Notes under the pieces: generated by a model
What the model was told of the DNA's origin: nothing
The model's input: only the letters and a program-made list of their open reading frames with translations
The model's database searches: none
Position numbers and translations under genes: made by a program
In this document: positions 1-8,558 of the stretch, piece after piece
Layout of the letters: each line of letters opens with the position of its first letter
Numbering within the stretch: position 1 is the first letter of the stretch
Assembly (NCBI GenBank): GCA_964420115.1
Contig: CAYQQO010000003.1
Span: forward strand, 1 to 47,480
Origin: an uncultured Candidatus Saccharibacteria bacterium
Lineage (GTDB): Bacteria > Patescibacteriota > Minisyncoccia > Portnoybacterales > UBA2143
DNA length: 47,480 bases
Direction of reading: 5' to 3'

Positions 1-56
1 AAAACTGCTACTCTCTTCTGTTATTTTATCTCTGTATTTAAATTTGTCAAGGCCTC

Positions 57-1007
57 TTATTTTCCTATTGTCCTTCCGCAATAAGTGCATTTGCCGTTAA
101 ATATTTTAAGACGCTTGTAACAAAAAGGGCAAAGACCTAATCTTAGCAGTAACCCCTTATTAAACTTGCCAAAAATATTAATTAAAGCATTCATCTCATT
201 GTGCTCGGCAAACAATGGCGGATATACATCTCTTAATGGACGCTGACCGACAAACATCTGGAAATTCTGACGGTCGGTGTACCACTTCATAACAATAAGA
301 AGAGTAACAATTAAGAGAATATAAATAAATACATGGAAGGGAGTAAGGGTTAAAAAGTTAAAAAAGGTATGAAGAGCAATAACTGAAAACATGCCCTGCC
401 AAATAAAAGTTCTTCTGAATATAGCGTAAAAGCGCGCTAAGCCGAAATAATAACCTAAAATAGCCCCGTATAAAGAATGAGCCAGCGTGGAGACAAACAA
501 GCGGAATAAAAAAAGAACTAAAATCCCATGGATATCCGTAGGAGCGGCAATAACCTGCTTGGAGAAAAAATAAGTGTTTTCAACCAAGGCAAAACCAAGA
601 GCTAAAACAATGCCAAATTTTACTCCGTCTATAACCTGATTAAAATGCTTGTTAAACAAAAGAACCGCTCTAAAAAAGAGAAACTTAAGAACTTCTTCGG
701 GAATAGCGATAAGAAAGAAAACAATGCCAAAAATTAAAATAATTTCTTGAGTATCGGCCAATGTCCTTTCATGTTCTAAGATGGACAACAAATCTCTTGG
801 CAAAACGCCGGATAAAATCGCTTTTTCAAAAACAGCCGCGAAGACAGCGGCTATAATGCCAAAAATAAAAGCCCTCCACAAAAGACGCCACGATGTTGTG
901 TATTTTTTTGAGTAATGATACCAAAAAAAGAGCCAGAAAAAATTAGCCAACATGGCTAATCCCAAAGCGGCCAATATACTTGAATAATTTTCCGCTATAA
1001 AGCCCAT
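57..1007 (-). CDS. PrsW-family intramembrane metalloprotease with C-terminal zinc ribbon
   Basis: Multi-TM protein with PrsW motifs PEEVLK, GFALVEN, HSLY and HTFFN; ends in CPFC-x10-CTYC. Confidence 0.85.
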   Translation of the reverse strand: MGFIAENYSSILAALGLAMLANFFWLFFWYHYSKKYTTSWRLLWRAFIFGIIAAVFAAVFEKAILSGVLPRDLLSILEHERTLADTQEIILIFGIVFFLIAIPEEVLKFLFFRAVLLFNKHFNQVIDGVKFGIVLALGFALVENTYFFSKQVIAAPTDIHGILVLFLFRLFVSTLAHSLYGAILGYYFGLARFYAIFRRTFIWQGMFSVIALHTFFNFLTLTPFHVFIYILLIVTLLIVMKWYTDRQNFQMFVGQRPLRDVYPPLFAEHNEMNALINIFGKFNKGLLLRLGLCPFCYKRLKIFNGKCTYCGRTIGK

Positions 1008-1013
1008 GACAAT

Positions 1014-1042
1014 ATCTTAACAGATAAAAATTAACTATTCAA
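1014..1042 (-). promoter_or_regulatory. sigma70-type promoter, likely leaderless transcript of the PrsW gene
   Basis: Minus strand TTGAAT-17 nt-TAAGAT with extended TG; -10 lies 6 nt upstream of the ATG at 1007. Confidence 0.55.
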
Positions 1043-1107
1043 ACAAAATACGGCCTGTCAATAGGTCGCACCTTTAGTAATTTTCAAAAAATAATAATAC
1101 TTTAACA

Positions 1108-2895
1108 TCACTCTATATCAGCCCCTGTTTGATATGCTTCAAGCTCTGCTTGGTTAACAGGAGCAACTCTCGCCCAATTATAACCCAAACGATTAAAGGC
1201 CTCGGCTGTTCTAATCCAACGTTTTTGACCCCCCTCTATTTTGTAAATCTTCTCGCCGCCATCCAAACGGATTAAATCAGAAACTTGGTAGGCATTAATT
1301 TCGGTTTGGTTAACATCAGCGATATCATCCCAGTTATTGCCATAAGAAAGAAAAACATCAGGATTTAAAACATGTCTTTTCATGCCGCTTTCTGTAATAT
1401 AGTATACCTTTTCACCGCCAGAAAGACGAATATGCTTAATTCTGGGGTAATTATCCAAAACGCTTTGAGAAACCACTTCAATATTATCCCAGTTGTAATT
1501 ATAAGAATTAAAAACATCAGGACTAGGGACCCAATGTTTTTTGCCGCCAACAATAGCATAAACTTTTTCTCCATTAGATGCCCTCATAAGAGTTATTTTC
1601 GGCGCCGGCAAGGAGGTAATTGACTCACCTTCAGGAATGTCGGCTAAAATGTTATCGCTAACTACAGTAATATTATTCCAATTGTGGCCTAACCCTTCAA
1701 AAATTTCACCTGTAGTTATCCACCTTCTTGCCGCTTCAACAATCAGATAAACCTTGTAATCAGACCCCTTAATCAGAGTGTTGTCAGGAAAAATAAGGCA
1801 TCTATCAGTCATTTCCGGCCCGTCGCCAATGCTGTTTATAATATCATCTGAAACCGTAATAATATCCTCCCACCTAAAACCGCATCCCTTAAAAATAGCC
1901 GCAGAAGTAATCCATGTTTTTTTATCATTAAATAAAATATAAACCTTTTCAGACATCCCCTTTAAAAGCGTTCCGTTAACATATTGGGTTCCTCCTCCGC
2001 TAGTTTGAGGAATAGCTGAAATAGAAGATGCCAATGAATAATTAGACGCTTCATCATAAGAAAAAAGAGCATAATAATACTTTACGCCGTTGGTCAATCC
2101 TGTATCAGTAAAACTGGCCGCATTGCCTTTCATAACTTGACCGCCATCATCAATATTAGTCGGCTCTGAGGCAGTTTTTCTAATAATTAAAACCCCCCCA
2201 AAATCACTATCAATTGGGTTAGTCCAAGAAAGAGAAATTTGCCTGTCGCCAGCTGTCACGCTCAAGTTTTTAACCATACCGGGAGGAACTAAATCAGGCG
2301 AAGATCCGGAGCCTCCGCCATTGCCGCCTCCATCACCGCCACCGCCACTGCCGTCATCTCCAGAGACAGGATTTAATGCATAACTTCCGTTTGCCACACC
2401 GCTTAAAAGATCCGAACCATCAAAAGCAACATTACTGTCTTCAGTTGAACCGGGGGTATAATCAATAGTTAAATTAGCCGTCCCGGTGGTTAACACTCTG
2501 AAGCTAATTGTCGCCAATACTCCGCTGCCGTTATAAACTTCGTCACCTTGAGTTAGTTGAACGAATTCAACCTCTCCCTGCGATGTATCAACTAAATTCG
2601 TCTGTGTCCGGCTATAAAGAGAGCCAGTGCTAATTTGCACTCCGGCTGCCCCCGCATCGTCATCTTGGGCTTCTAATAAAGAAGGATTATAATTCAAATA
2701 ACGGACGCCCACCCCATGCGTATCTGACCCCTCTGTATCTAATATTATATCAACATTAAAAAAATCCCCTACCTGATAACTGCCGGTAGAGGGCGAAAGA
2801 GAAAGGGTGGCTGCCAACACGCTTTTAACTCCACCCCCTAAAATAAAAAATAATGAAATGATTATCCCGGAGGTAATCAAAAAATATTTTTTCAT
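1108..2895 (-). CDS. Secreted surface protein: cohesin-like domain, Gly-rich linker, FN3 domain, five C-terminal repeats
   Basis: Signal peptide; ATLSLSPSTGSYQVGDFFNVDIILDT...GSGVLATISF; FN3 QISLSWTNP...YYYALFSYD; five KVY...K(R/T/H)WI-type repeats. Confidence 0.8.
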   Translation of the reverse strand: MKKYFLITSGIIISLFFILGGGVKSVLAATLSLSPSTGSYQVGDFFNVDIILDTEGSDTHGVGVRYLNYNPSLLEAQDDDAGAAGVQISTGSLYSRTQTNLVDTSQGEVEFVQLTQGDEVYNGSGVLATISFRVLTTGTANLTIDYTPGSTEDSNVAFDGSDLLSGVANGSYALNPVSGDDGSGGGGDGGGNGGGSGSSPDLVPPGMVKNLSVTAGDRQISLSWTNPIDSDFGGVLIIRKTASEPTNIDDGGQVMKGNAASFTDTGLTNGVKYYYALFSYDEASNYSLASSISAIPQTSGGGTQYVNGTLLKGMSEKVYILFNDKKTWITSAAIFKGCGFRWEDIITVSDDIINSIGDGPEMTDRCLIFPDNTLIKGSDYKVYLIVEAARRWITTGEIFEGLGHNWNNITVVSDNILADIPEGESITSLPAPKITLMRASNGEKVYAIVGGKKHWVPSPDVFNSYNYNWDNIEVVSQSVLDNYPRIKHIRLSGGEKVYYITESGMKRHVLNPDVFLSYGNNWDDIADVNQTEINAYQVSDLIRLDGGEKIYKIEGGQKRWIRTAEAFNRLGYNWARVAPVNQAELEAYQTGADIE

Positions 2896-2898
2896 TAA

Positions 2899-3507
2899 TT
2901 AAAGAATAGTTAAACTAACATTTTGCACCCTATCTAAAGTATCACCGGACTGGCTATATGAAGAAACGTTAGTATCTGTTGTATCCCCCTTTTTGAAAAC
3001 AAAACTAATTTTTGTATTTCCTGCACTTTGAGAAGAAAAAACAAGAGAACCTATTTTACCCCTTCCCTGAAAACTATTGCCCGGTGAAGTAAGAGCCGAA
3101 ATCTCTATCCGTCCTTCTTCTTTATCTGCCTTAGCGCCGATAAAATTAGAAAAAACACTCCCTTCTGTATTAAAAAATTTAGCCGTGCCGTTGAGCTGAA
3201 CAAAAGATGGATTATATTCTAAAATAAGATCAACACCATCAACTGCTTCTCCGTTTGTATCCAAATAAACATCCACAATCACATCATCTCCCACTTTATA
3301 CTCACTATCGTTAGCCGCAAGAGTTAAAACTGCTCTTTCATTAACATTATTACTGCTTGTTTTAGAATTATTATTGACTTCCTCCTTTAAAAAAAGGTCA
3401 TCTACTGACTCACCCTCAAAAACAGAAAAAGAATAATAAATAACAACCCCGGCTAATACGCCGACGAAAATAAAAGAAATTAAATAAATTAAATCGTTCT
3501 TTTTCAT
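2899..3507 (-). CDS. Membrane-anchored single cohesin-like domain protein
   Basis: N-terminal TM; YKVGDDVIVDVYLDT...VDGVDLILEYNP...GKIGSLVF. Confidence 0.75.
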   Translation of the reverse strand: MKKNDLIYLISFIFVGVLAGVVIYYSFSVFEGESVDDLFLKEEVNNNSKTSSNNVNERAVLTLAANDSEYKVGDDVIVDVYLDTNGEAVDGVDLILEYNPSFVQLNGTAKFFNTEGSVFSNFIGAKADKEEGRIEISALTSPGNSFQGRGKIGSLVFSSQSAGNTKISFVFKKGDTTDTNVSSYSQSGDTLDRVQNVSLTIL

Positions 3508-3520
3508 TTTATTTATATAT

Positions 3521-5200
3521 TTATTCGCTTGTCAAAAGCCAGTTTTTATTCAAATAGTGCCAATCTAAAGTATTGACATCGCCATCGTCATTAATATCGG
3601 CAATTGGGTCGCTTGTATGCCAGCGGTTGGCCATGATACTCCAGTCTAATTCATTGATAATCGCATCGCTCTCCTGAAGATTGCCGGCTAAAAGCTCCCC
3701 CATATCAACCTCGTCACTAGTAGGCCAGCTAGCAGTAACCCTTTTGGTTAAATAAGTTGGAGCAGCTATTCTAACATCATAGGTGTTGCTTGGCAGTATA
3801 GACATAAAGATATTATGCCTTATCGCACCCGACGAATCTGAATCAACATTTACCTCATAAATAACTGCATCAGTCCCTTGTTGCAAAAAATAAACAGTCA
3901 TTGACCTAGCATAATCTACCTTGCCTTCTAACGCTACTCTAAGCTGGAGCGCGCTTGCTGTCGCTTGAGGAGTAGCGCTACCTTGAGCGCTTCTAACAGC
4001 CGATGAATAATTAGGCGCCCCATCGTAAGCAAAGGCAGTATAATAATAAGTTGTCCCGTTAGCTAACCCGGTGTCAGTGTGACTATTTCCTGCGCCGCTA
4101 TAAACTTGGGTCCCGTCACTAGCGTTTGCTGGATAAGCGCCTATTTTTCTAATAACCATTGTCCCGACAAAATCAATATCGCCCGGATTATTCCAGGAAA
4201 GAGAAATTTGCCCGTCGCCTGCTACCGCCTGGAAAGCCGTCACATTGCTAGGAGCAGTAGTGTCAACGGTAATAGTATATCTACCGTCAGTAACTGAAGA
4301 TAAAATATCTTCATGCGCTCCGCCTGCTTTTGAAACATTGCAATCAGTGGTCGCGCCTGCTGAATAATCAAACCGGATATCAGCCCCCGCCGTTGTAGAT
4401 AAAGCTTCAAAAGTAACCGTAGCTAAAGTGCCACTGCCAGTATAAGTTGTCCCTCCGCTGGTTGTTTGAGAAAAATCTATTCTGCCGTTGGTATTATCAA
4501 TAGTATTTACATCGGTAGTAGAATACAAAGAGCCGGGGACAACACTAACGGCTGATAAAACAGCAGGGTCATAATTTAAATAATGGATATCAGCTCCGTC
4601 AGTCGCCTGACCACCAGTATTAAGATTAATAGCCACATCAAAAGTACTGCCCACCTCATAACCGCCACTAGACGGACTCAAAGCCAAAGTCGCTGTTGAC
4701 AAATCGCTTATGGTGTAACTCCCGCCGCTGGTACCATCAAGTATATCTACATTTGAATTATTTCTCACTTGACTGCTAGCGTCAAAGGCAACACTTGCTG
4801 TCCCCGCGGTATTCGCCTGAAAAGCAATCACCCCCACCAAAAGATTAGAGCCAACAACATTATTATTGGTAGCAAACGCTTCTAACCGAATTTGGTTCCC
4901 GCTAATACTATTAGTGGCTATCATACCATTCGGAGAAAAAACAGAGCTAGAAACATCCACACTTCCGCCGGGCACAGAAAGCTGGCTACCAAAATTAATA
5001 TAAAAAGCGCTGGACCAAACTATTTCTCCCCCTGTATCTAACCTAATCTCAACATTAAAACTATCTCCTGTGTTATAAGAACCAGTAGAGGGAGAGAGAG
5101 AAAGGGTAGCTGTCTGGGCTTGAGCTTTTTCTGGTGTTATCATGCCGCCTATACTAATAAAGGAAATTACTGCCAGGCTAATTAACAACTTTGTTTTCAT
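3521..5200 (-). CDS. Secreted scaffoldin-like protein: two cohesin-like domains, FN3, C-terminal dockerin-like domain
   Basis: Signal peptide; two ATL(S/A)LSPS..G.Y domains; FN3 QISLSWNNP; C-terminal GNLQESDAIINELDW...ADINDDGDVNTLDW. Confidence 0.8.
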   Translation of the reverse strand: MKTKLLISLAVISFISIGGMITPEKAQAQTATLSLSPSTGSYNTGDSFNVEIRLDTGGEIVWSSAFYINFGSQLSVPGGSVDVSSSVFSPNGMIATNSISGNQIRLEAFATNNNVVGSNLLVGVIAFQANTAGTASVAFDASSQVRNNSNVDILDGTSGGSYTISDLSTATLALSPSSGGYEVGSTFDVAINLNTGGQATDGADIHYLNYDPAVLSAVSVVPGSLYSTTDVNTIDNTNGRIDFSQTTSGGTTYTGSGTLATVTFEALSTTAGADIRFDYSAGATTDCNVSKAGGAHEDILSSVTDGRYTITVDTTAPSNVTAFQAVAGDGQISLSWNNPGDIDFVGTMVIRKIGAYPANASDGTQVYSGAGNSHTDTGLANGTTYYYTAFAYDGAPNYSSAVRSAQGSATPQATASALQLRVALEGKVDYARSMTVYFLQQGTDAVIYEVNVDSDSSGAIRHNIFMSILPSNTYDVRIAAPTYLTKRVTASWPTSDEVDMGELLAGNLQESDAIINELDWSIMANRWHTSDPIADINDDGDVNTLDWHYLNKNWLLTSE

Positions 5201-5273
5201 GTTTTTTTTTATAATTTTATAATAATATTTTTTTTATAATACTATTTTTTTGATTTTCGTATATATTTGTAGA

Positions 5274-5558
5274 TTATTTATTACGATACAGAAACACATA
5301 TTCAGCGAGATCATTAAATTCTATTTCGCCATTTTTATCAAAATCAGCTTTCAAATTTTTTTGTCCATACAGGGCGTTAAAATCATCTAAATCTCTCTGA
5401 TCAATGCGGCCATCTTGGTTAATATCTAAAGGATCATTCTCAGCGCCCAAAAATCCAGTTATAAGTTGGCTCTTGTCAGTAAAAAAGATAAAAATAGCTA
5501 AACTAATTATAATTACTACAATCAATACCACTAATATTAAACCCTTTTTCACTGACAT
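5274..5558 (-). CDS. Membrane-anchored dockerin/EF-hand-only protein
   Basis: TM helix then DINQDGRIDQRD and DFDKNGEIEFND Ca-binding loops. Confidence 0.75.
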   Translation of the reverse strand: MSVKKGLILVVLIVVIIISLAIFIFFTDKSQLITGFLGAENDPLDINQDGRIDQRDLDDFNALYGQKNLKADFDKNGEIEFNDLAEYVFLYRNK

Positions 5559-5581
5559 ATAACCACCAAACTAAAATGTTC

Positions 5582-6460
5582 TTAAGGATTAACACCCCTA
5601 TAAATGAATACATAATCAGCTAAATCATTAAAATCAACAGTTCCAGTCCCGTCAACATCAGCTCTTATATCAGTGTTACGGTAATAAAACACATAATCAG
5701 CTAAATCATTAAAATCAACAGTTCCGTCGCTATTTACATCAGGATTGTAACTAGCTGCTTCAATAGTAACAAGGACATTGCTAACTCCGCTTAAAATATC
5801 GTTTTCAACGGTTGGGTCTGTCTCAAGTTTTATTACATCGGAATCTCCAGAAGCAAATGGAATCGTTGCATCAAAAAGGAAGGTTATATTATCATTGCTT
5901 GGCGATGTCTGGGTAACGGCCTCAAAAGTAATTGCGGCAATAGTTACCGGAGTTAAATCAACATGAAGACCGGGAGTAGGTTTGGCCTGCACAATTTCTA
6001 TTTGACCGTCAGGAATTGGCGCCGAACGGTTATTTTGGGAACCATTGTAATTAACAATTTCACAAGGACCGCTGTTATAAACACAAGAATTGTCAGTCCA
6101 AAAAGGCGAATTGGTTGTATTAACGCTAACCACCTTAAAAGCCGCTGAATCGTATTCTATATAAGCGCCGACAGCCACTACATCATCTCCGCCATTTGTC
6201 CCGGAGCTCAATAAAACATTGACATTAAATTGATTGCCGACTTGGTAAGTAGCGCTGTCCGCCGAAGCTCCTTCTATTTGCAGCTCAAGTACAGCATTGT
6301 CGCCAGTACCTAAAAAGCCAGTGATAAGATCGCGCGCCTTTTCACTAGCAACGAATACAATCAAGCCCAGCAATATAAGTATGCCGACAATAATTAATAT
6401 TGCTCTTTTGTTCTTTATTTCGTTAAACACAGAATGGTTTTGCCCCTGATAATCATACAT
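5582..6460 (-). CDS. Membrane-anchored cohesin-like plus dockerin protein
   Basis: TM helix; YQVGNQFNVNVLL...IAAITFEA; duplicated DVNSDGTVDFNDLADYVF / DVDGTGTVDFNDLADYVF. Confidence 0.75.
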   Translation of the reverse strand: MYDYQGQNHSVFNEIKNKRAILIIVGILILLGLIVFVASEKARDLITGFLGTGDNAVLELQIEGASADSATYQVGNQFNVNVLLSSGTNGGDDVVAVGAYIEYDSAAFKVVSVNTTNSPFWTDNSCVYNSGPCEIVNYNGSQNNRSAPIPDGQIEIVQAKPTPGLHVDLTPVTIAAITFEAVTQTSPSNDNITFLFDATIPFASGDSDVIKLETDPTVENDILSGVSNVLVTIEAASYNPDVNSDGTVDFNDLADYVFYYRNTDIRADVDGTGTVDFNDLADYVFIYRGVNP

Positions 6461-6466
6461 AACTTA

Positions 6467-6492
6467 TAACTGCCACTCTTAACTGCCACTCT
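6467..6492. repeat. Perfect 13-bp tandem repeat just upstream of the cohesin cluster
   Basis: TAACTGCCACTCT x2. Confidence 0.9.
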
Positions 6493-6565
6493 TCCAAAAA
6501 AAGTAGTAAAATACTCTTCATTTATTTAATTTTAACAAAATATAACACTTTCTACAAAATCTTTT

Positions 6566-6574
6566 TGTGGATAA
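6566..6574 (-). promoter_or_regulatory. DnaA-box consensus
   Basis: TGTGGATAA (reverse complement TTATCCACA); isolated copy. Confidence 0.4.
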
Positions 6575-6577
6575 CCT

Positions 6578-7048
6578 TTAATCCTCTTTTTTTTCTTTTG
6601 TTTTAAATTCTTCTTTTTTTGCGCGGGTTTTTTGCTTGTCTTCTTTTTGGACTGCTTCTTCTTTTACCTCTTCTTTTTTCTCTGTCTCTTTTTTTAGCTC
6701 TTCTTTTTCTCCTGTTGCTGTCTCTTCTATTTTCTCCTTTTCTTCGGTCGGCCCTTCAATTTCTTTCTTTTCTTTCTTCTTTACTTTTATTTTCTTTTTT
6801 ATTTTACCTCCTTTAATTACACCCTGACTGACCAATAAATTATGAACTGTCACAGACGGCTTTGCTCCTTTTGAAAGCCAATAATTTATTCTTTCCTTAT
6901 CCAGCCCGATTTGCTTCAAACGGGCATCATAGTGGCCGAGCAGTTCCAAAAACTTACCGCTCTTTGGCGGAGCCGTCTTTTGAGTTAAGGCAATTCTAAA
7001 ACTAGGCGCATTTTTCTTTCCTCCTCTAACTAAACGAATTACAAGCAT
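6578..7048 (-). CDS. rpsP: 30S ribosomal protein S16 with Lys/Glu-rich tail
   Basis: MLVIRLVRGGKKNAPSFRI...ELLGHYD...YWLSKGAKPS. Confidence 0.95.
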   Translation of the reverse strand: MLVIRLVRGGKKNAPSFRIALTQKTAPPKSGKFLELLGHYDARLKQIGLDKERINYWLSKGAKPSVTVHNLLVSQGVIKGGKIKKKIKVKKKEKKEIEGPTEEKEKIEETATGEKEELKKETEKKEEVKEEAVQKEDKQKTRAKKEEFKTKEKKED

Positions 7049-7736
7049 ATTTTTTCACAATTTCTTTTTTTAATGCAGCTTCCGCTGCTTTTTCTTGCGC
7101 TTCCTGTTTGGAAGCTCCTTGACCTTTAGCAATTATTTTTTTACCTAAATAAACACCTACGATAAATTCTTTAGCATGGTCCGGCCCCCACTCTTTAATA
7201 ACCTCATAAATAGGCGTGATGCCAAACTTATCTTGAGCTTTTTCCTGGAACCTGCTTTTTGGATCTTGATATAGCTTTTCTTTTAAAATTGTCGGCAGCT
7301 CTTTTAGGATTTCTTTTTCAATAAACTGCTTGGACTTCTCATACCCCTGATCTAAGTAGATAGAACCAATCAAAGCCTCAAGAGCGTTGGCTAATATATA
7401 TTGTCTTGCCCGTCCAGTATCTTTCGCCTCTCCTCTACTTAAAAGAAGATGGCTGTTTATCTTTAATTTATCAGCTACATTAGCCAGCATTCTGGCATTA
7501 ACTAAAGAAGCCCGCCAATTAGTAAGCTCCCCTTCTGGATTGGGATAATTCTGATAAAGATATTCTGTTACCACCATCTCTAAAACAGCATCTCCCAAAA
7601 ATTCAAGCCGCTCATTGTCAGATAAAGGAAAATCAGGATTTTCGTTTAAATAAGAACGATGGACCATTGACTGCTGGAGTAAATCCTTGTTGTTAAACTT
7701 AATCCCAATGTTTTTTTCAAGAGAAGATAATCTCAT
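7026..7736 (-). CDS. rnc: Ribonuclease III
   Basis: NERLEFLGDAVLE signature; dsRBD DPKSRFQE...GPDHAKEF. Confidence 0.97.
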   Translation of the reverse strand: MRLSSLEKNIGIKFNNKDLLQQSMVHRSYLNENPDFPLSDNERLEFLGDAVLEMVVTEYLYQNYPNPEGELTNWRASLVNARMLANVADKLKINSHLLLSRGEAKDTGRARQYILANALEALIGSIYLDQGYEKSKQFIEKEILKELPTILKEKLYQDPKSRFQEKAQDKFGITPIYEVIKEWGPDHAKEFIVGVYLGKKIIAKGQGASKQEAQEKAAEAALKKEIVKKYACNSFS

Positions 7737-7802
7737 TTAAAACAAACAATGAACAACGAATAACGAACAAAAAATATTGTTCACTATTCATTATCCATTG
7801 CC

Positions 7803-8240
7803 TTAATCGTTTTTCTGCGGTTCCCCGATTTCTCTATAAACGGTGCCCAAAACACCATTAATAAACTTGCCTGAAGATTCACCGCCAAATGTTTTAGCCA
7901 GCTCAATTGCTTCGTTAATAGCCACCTTAGGAGGAACTTCTTCTCTTTTGCCGAAAAGAAGCTCGTAGAGGCCAAGACGAAGAATACTTCTGTCAATAAT
8001 AGTGATTTGCTCAATGGGCCATTCCGGCGCCGCTTTTTCAATAATTTTATCAATTTTTGACAAATTATTGACCACTCCGTTAATCATCTGCCAAATAAAA
8101 TCACTTTCTTTAAGGCCGGGACCGAATTCTTTAATATTACGATTAACAACCCCTTCCAGCGCAGCTGGATTTCTCCCTTTAAAATCCCATTCATAAAGGG
8201 CCTGCATAGCAATAGAACGAGCTAAATGACGATTTGCCAT
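7803..8240 (-). CDS. nusB: Transcription antitermination factor NusB
   Basis: [16 protein letters not shown]; [14 protein letters not shown]; FINGVLG. Confidence 0.97.
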   Translation of the reverse strand: MANRHLARSIAMQALYEWDFKGRNPAALEGVVNRNIKEFGPGLKESDFIWQMINGVVNNLSKIDKIIEKAAPEWPIEQITIIDRSILRLGLYELLFGKREEVPPKVAINEAIELAKTFGGESSGKFINGVLGTVYREIGEPQKND

Positions 8241-8264
8241 AAAATATATTTCACTTAACTTAAA

Positions 8265-8552
8265 CTATTTTTTTGAAAGTTCTTCCATGCTCAACCCTCC
8301 GCCTGCCGCGGCTTGTTCCTTTTCCTGCCCAGCCATTTCTTTTTCTTTTTGTTTTCTCTCCTTTTTACTCAACTTGGCCATAACATCAATCATTTCTTTG
8401 CCGGCATAAGTCCCGCAATTTGCGCAAAGATGATGAGGCAAAACTGCTTCTTTGCATTTGGGGCAAACTGAAAGACCCTGCCCGGATAAAGCATGATGCG
8501 ACCGCCTTTTATTTCTTCTTGATTTTGTGTGTTTCTGTTTTGGAACAGCCAT
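8265..8552 (-). CDS. rpmF: 50S ribosomal protein L32, Zn-binding form with C-terminal extension
   Basis: MAVPKQKHTKSRRNKRRSH...CPKC...HHLCANCG. Confidence 0.95.
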   Translation of the reverse strand: MAVPKQKHTKSRRNKRRSHHALSGQGLSVCPKCKEAVLPHHLCANCGTYAGKEMIDVMAKLSKKERKQKEKEMAGQEKEQAAAGGGLSMEELSKK

Positions 8553-8558
8553 AATTTA

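Noticed and set aside
5610-5725. Direct repeat of about 35 bp as a CRISPR array
   Set aside because: Only two copies, in frame, encoding the duplicated dockerin motif; no cas genes
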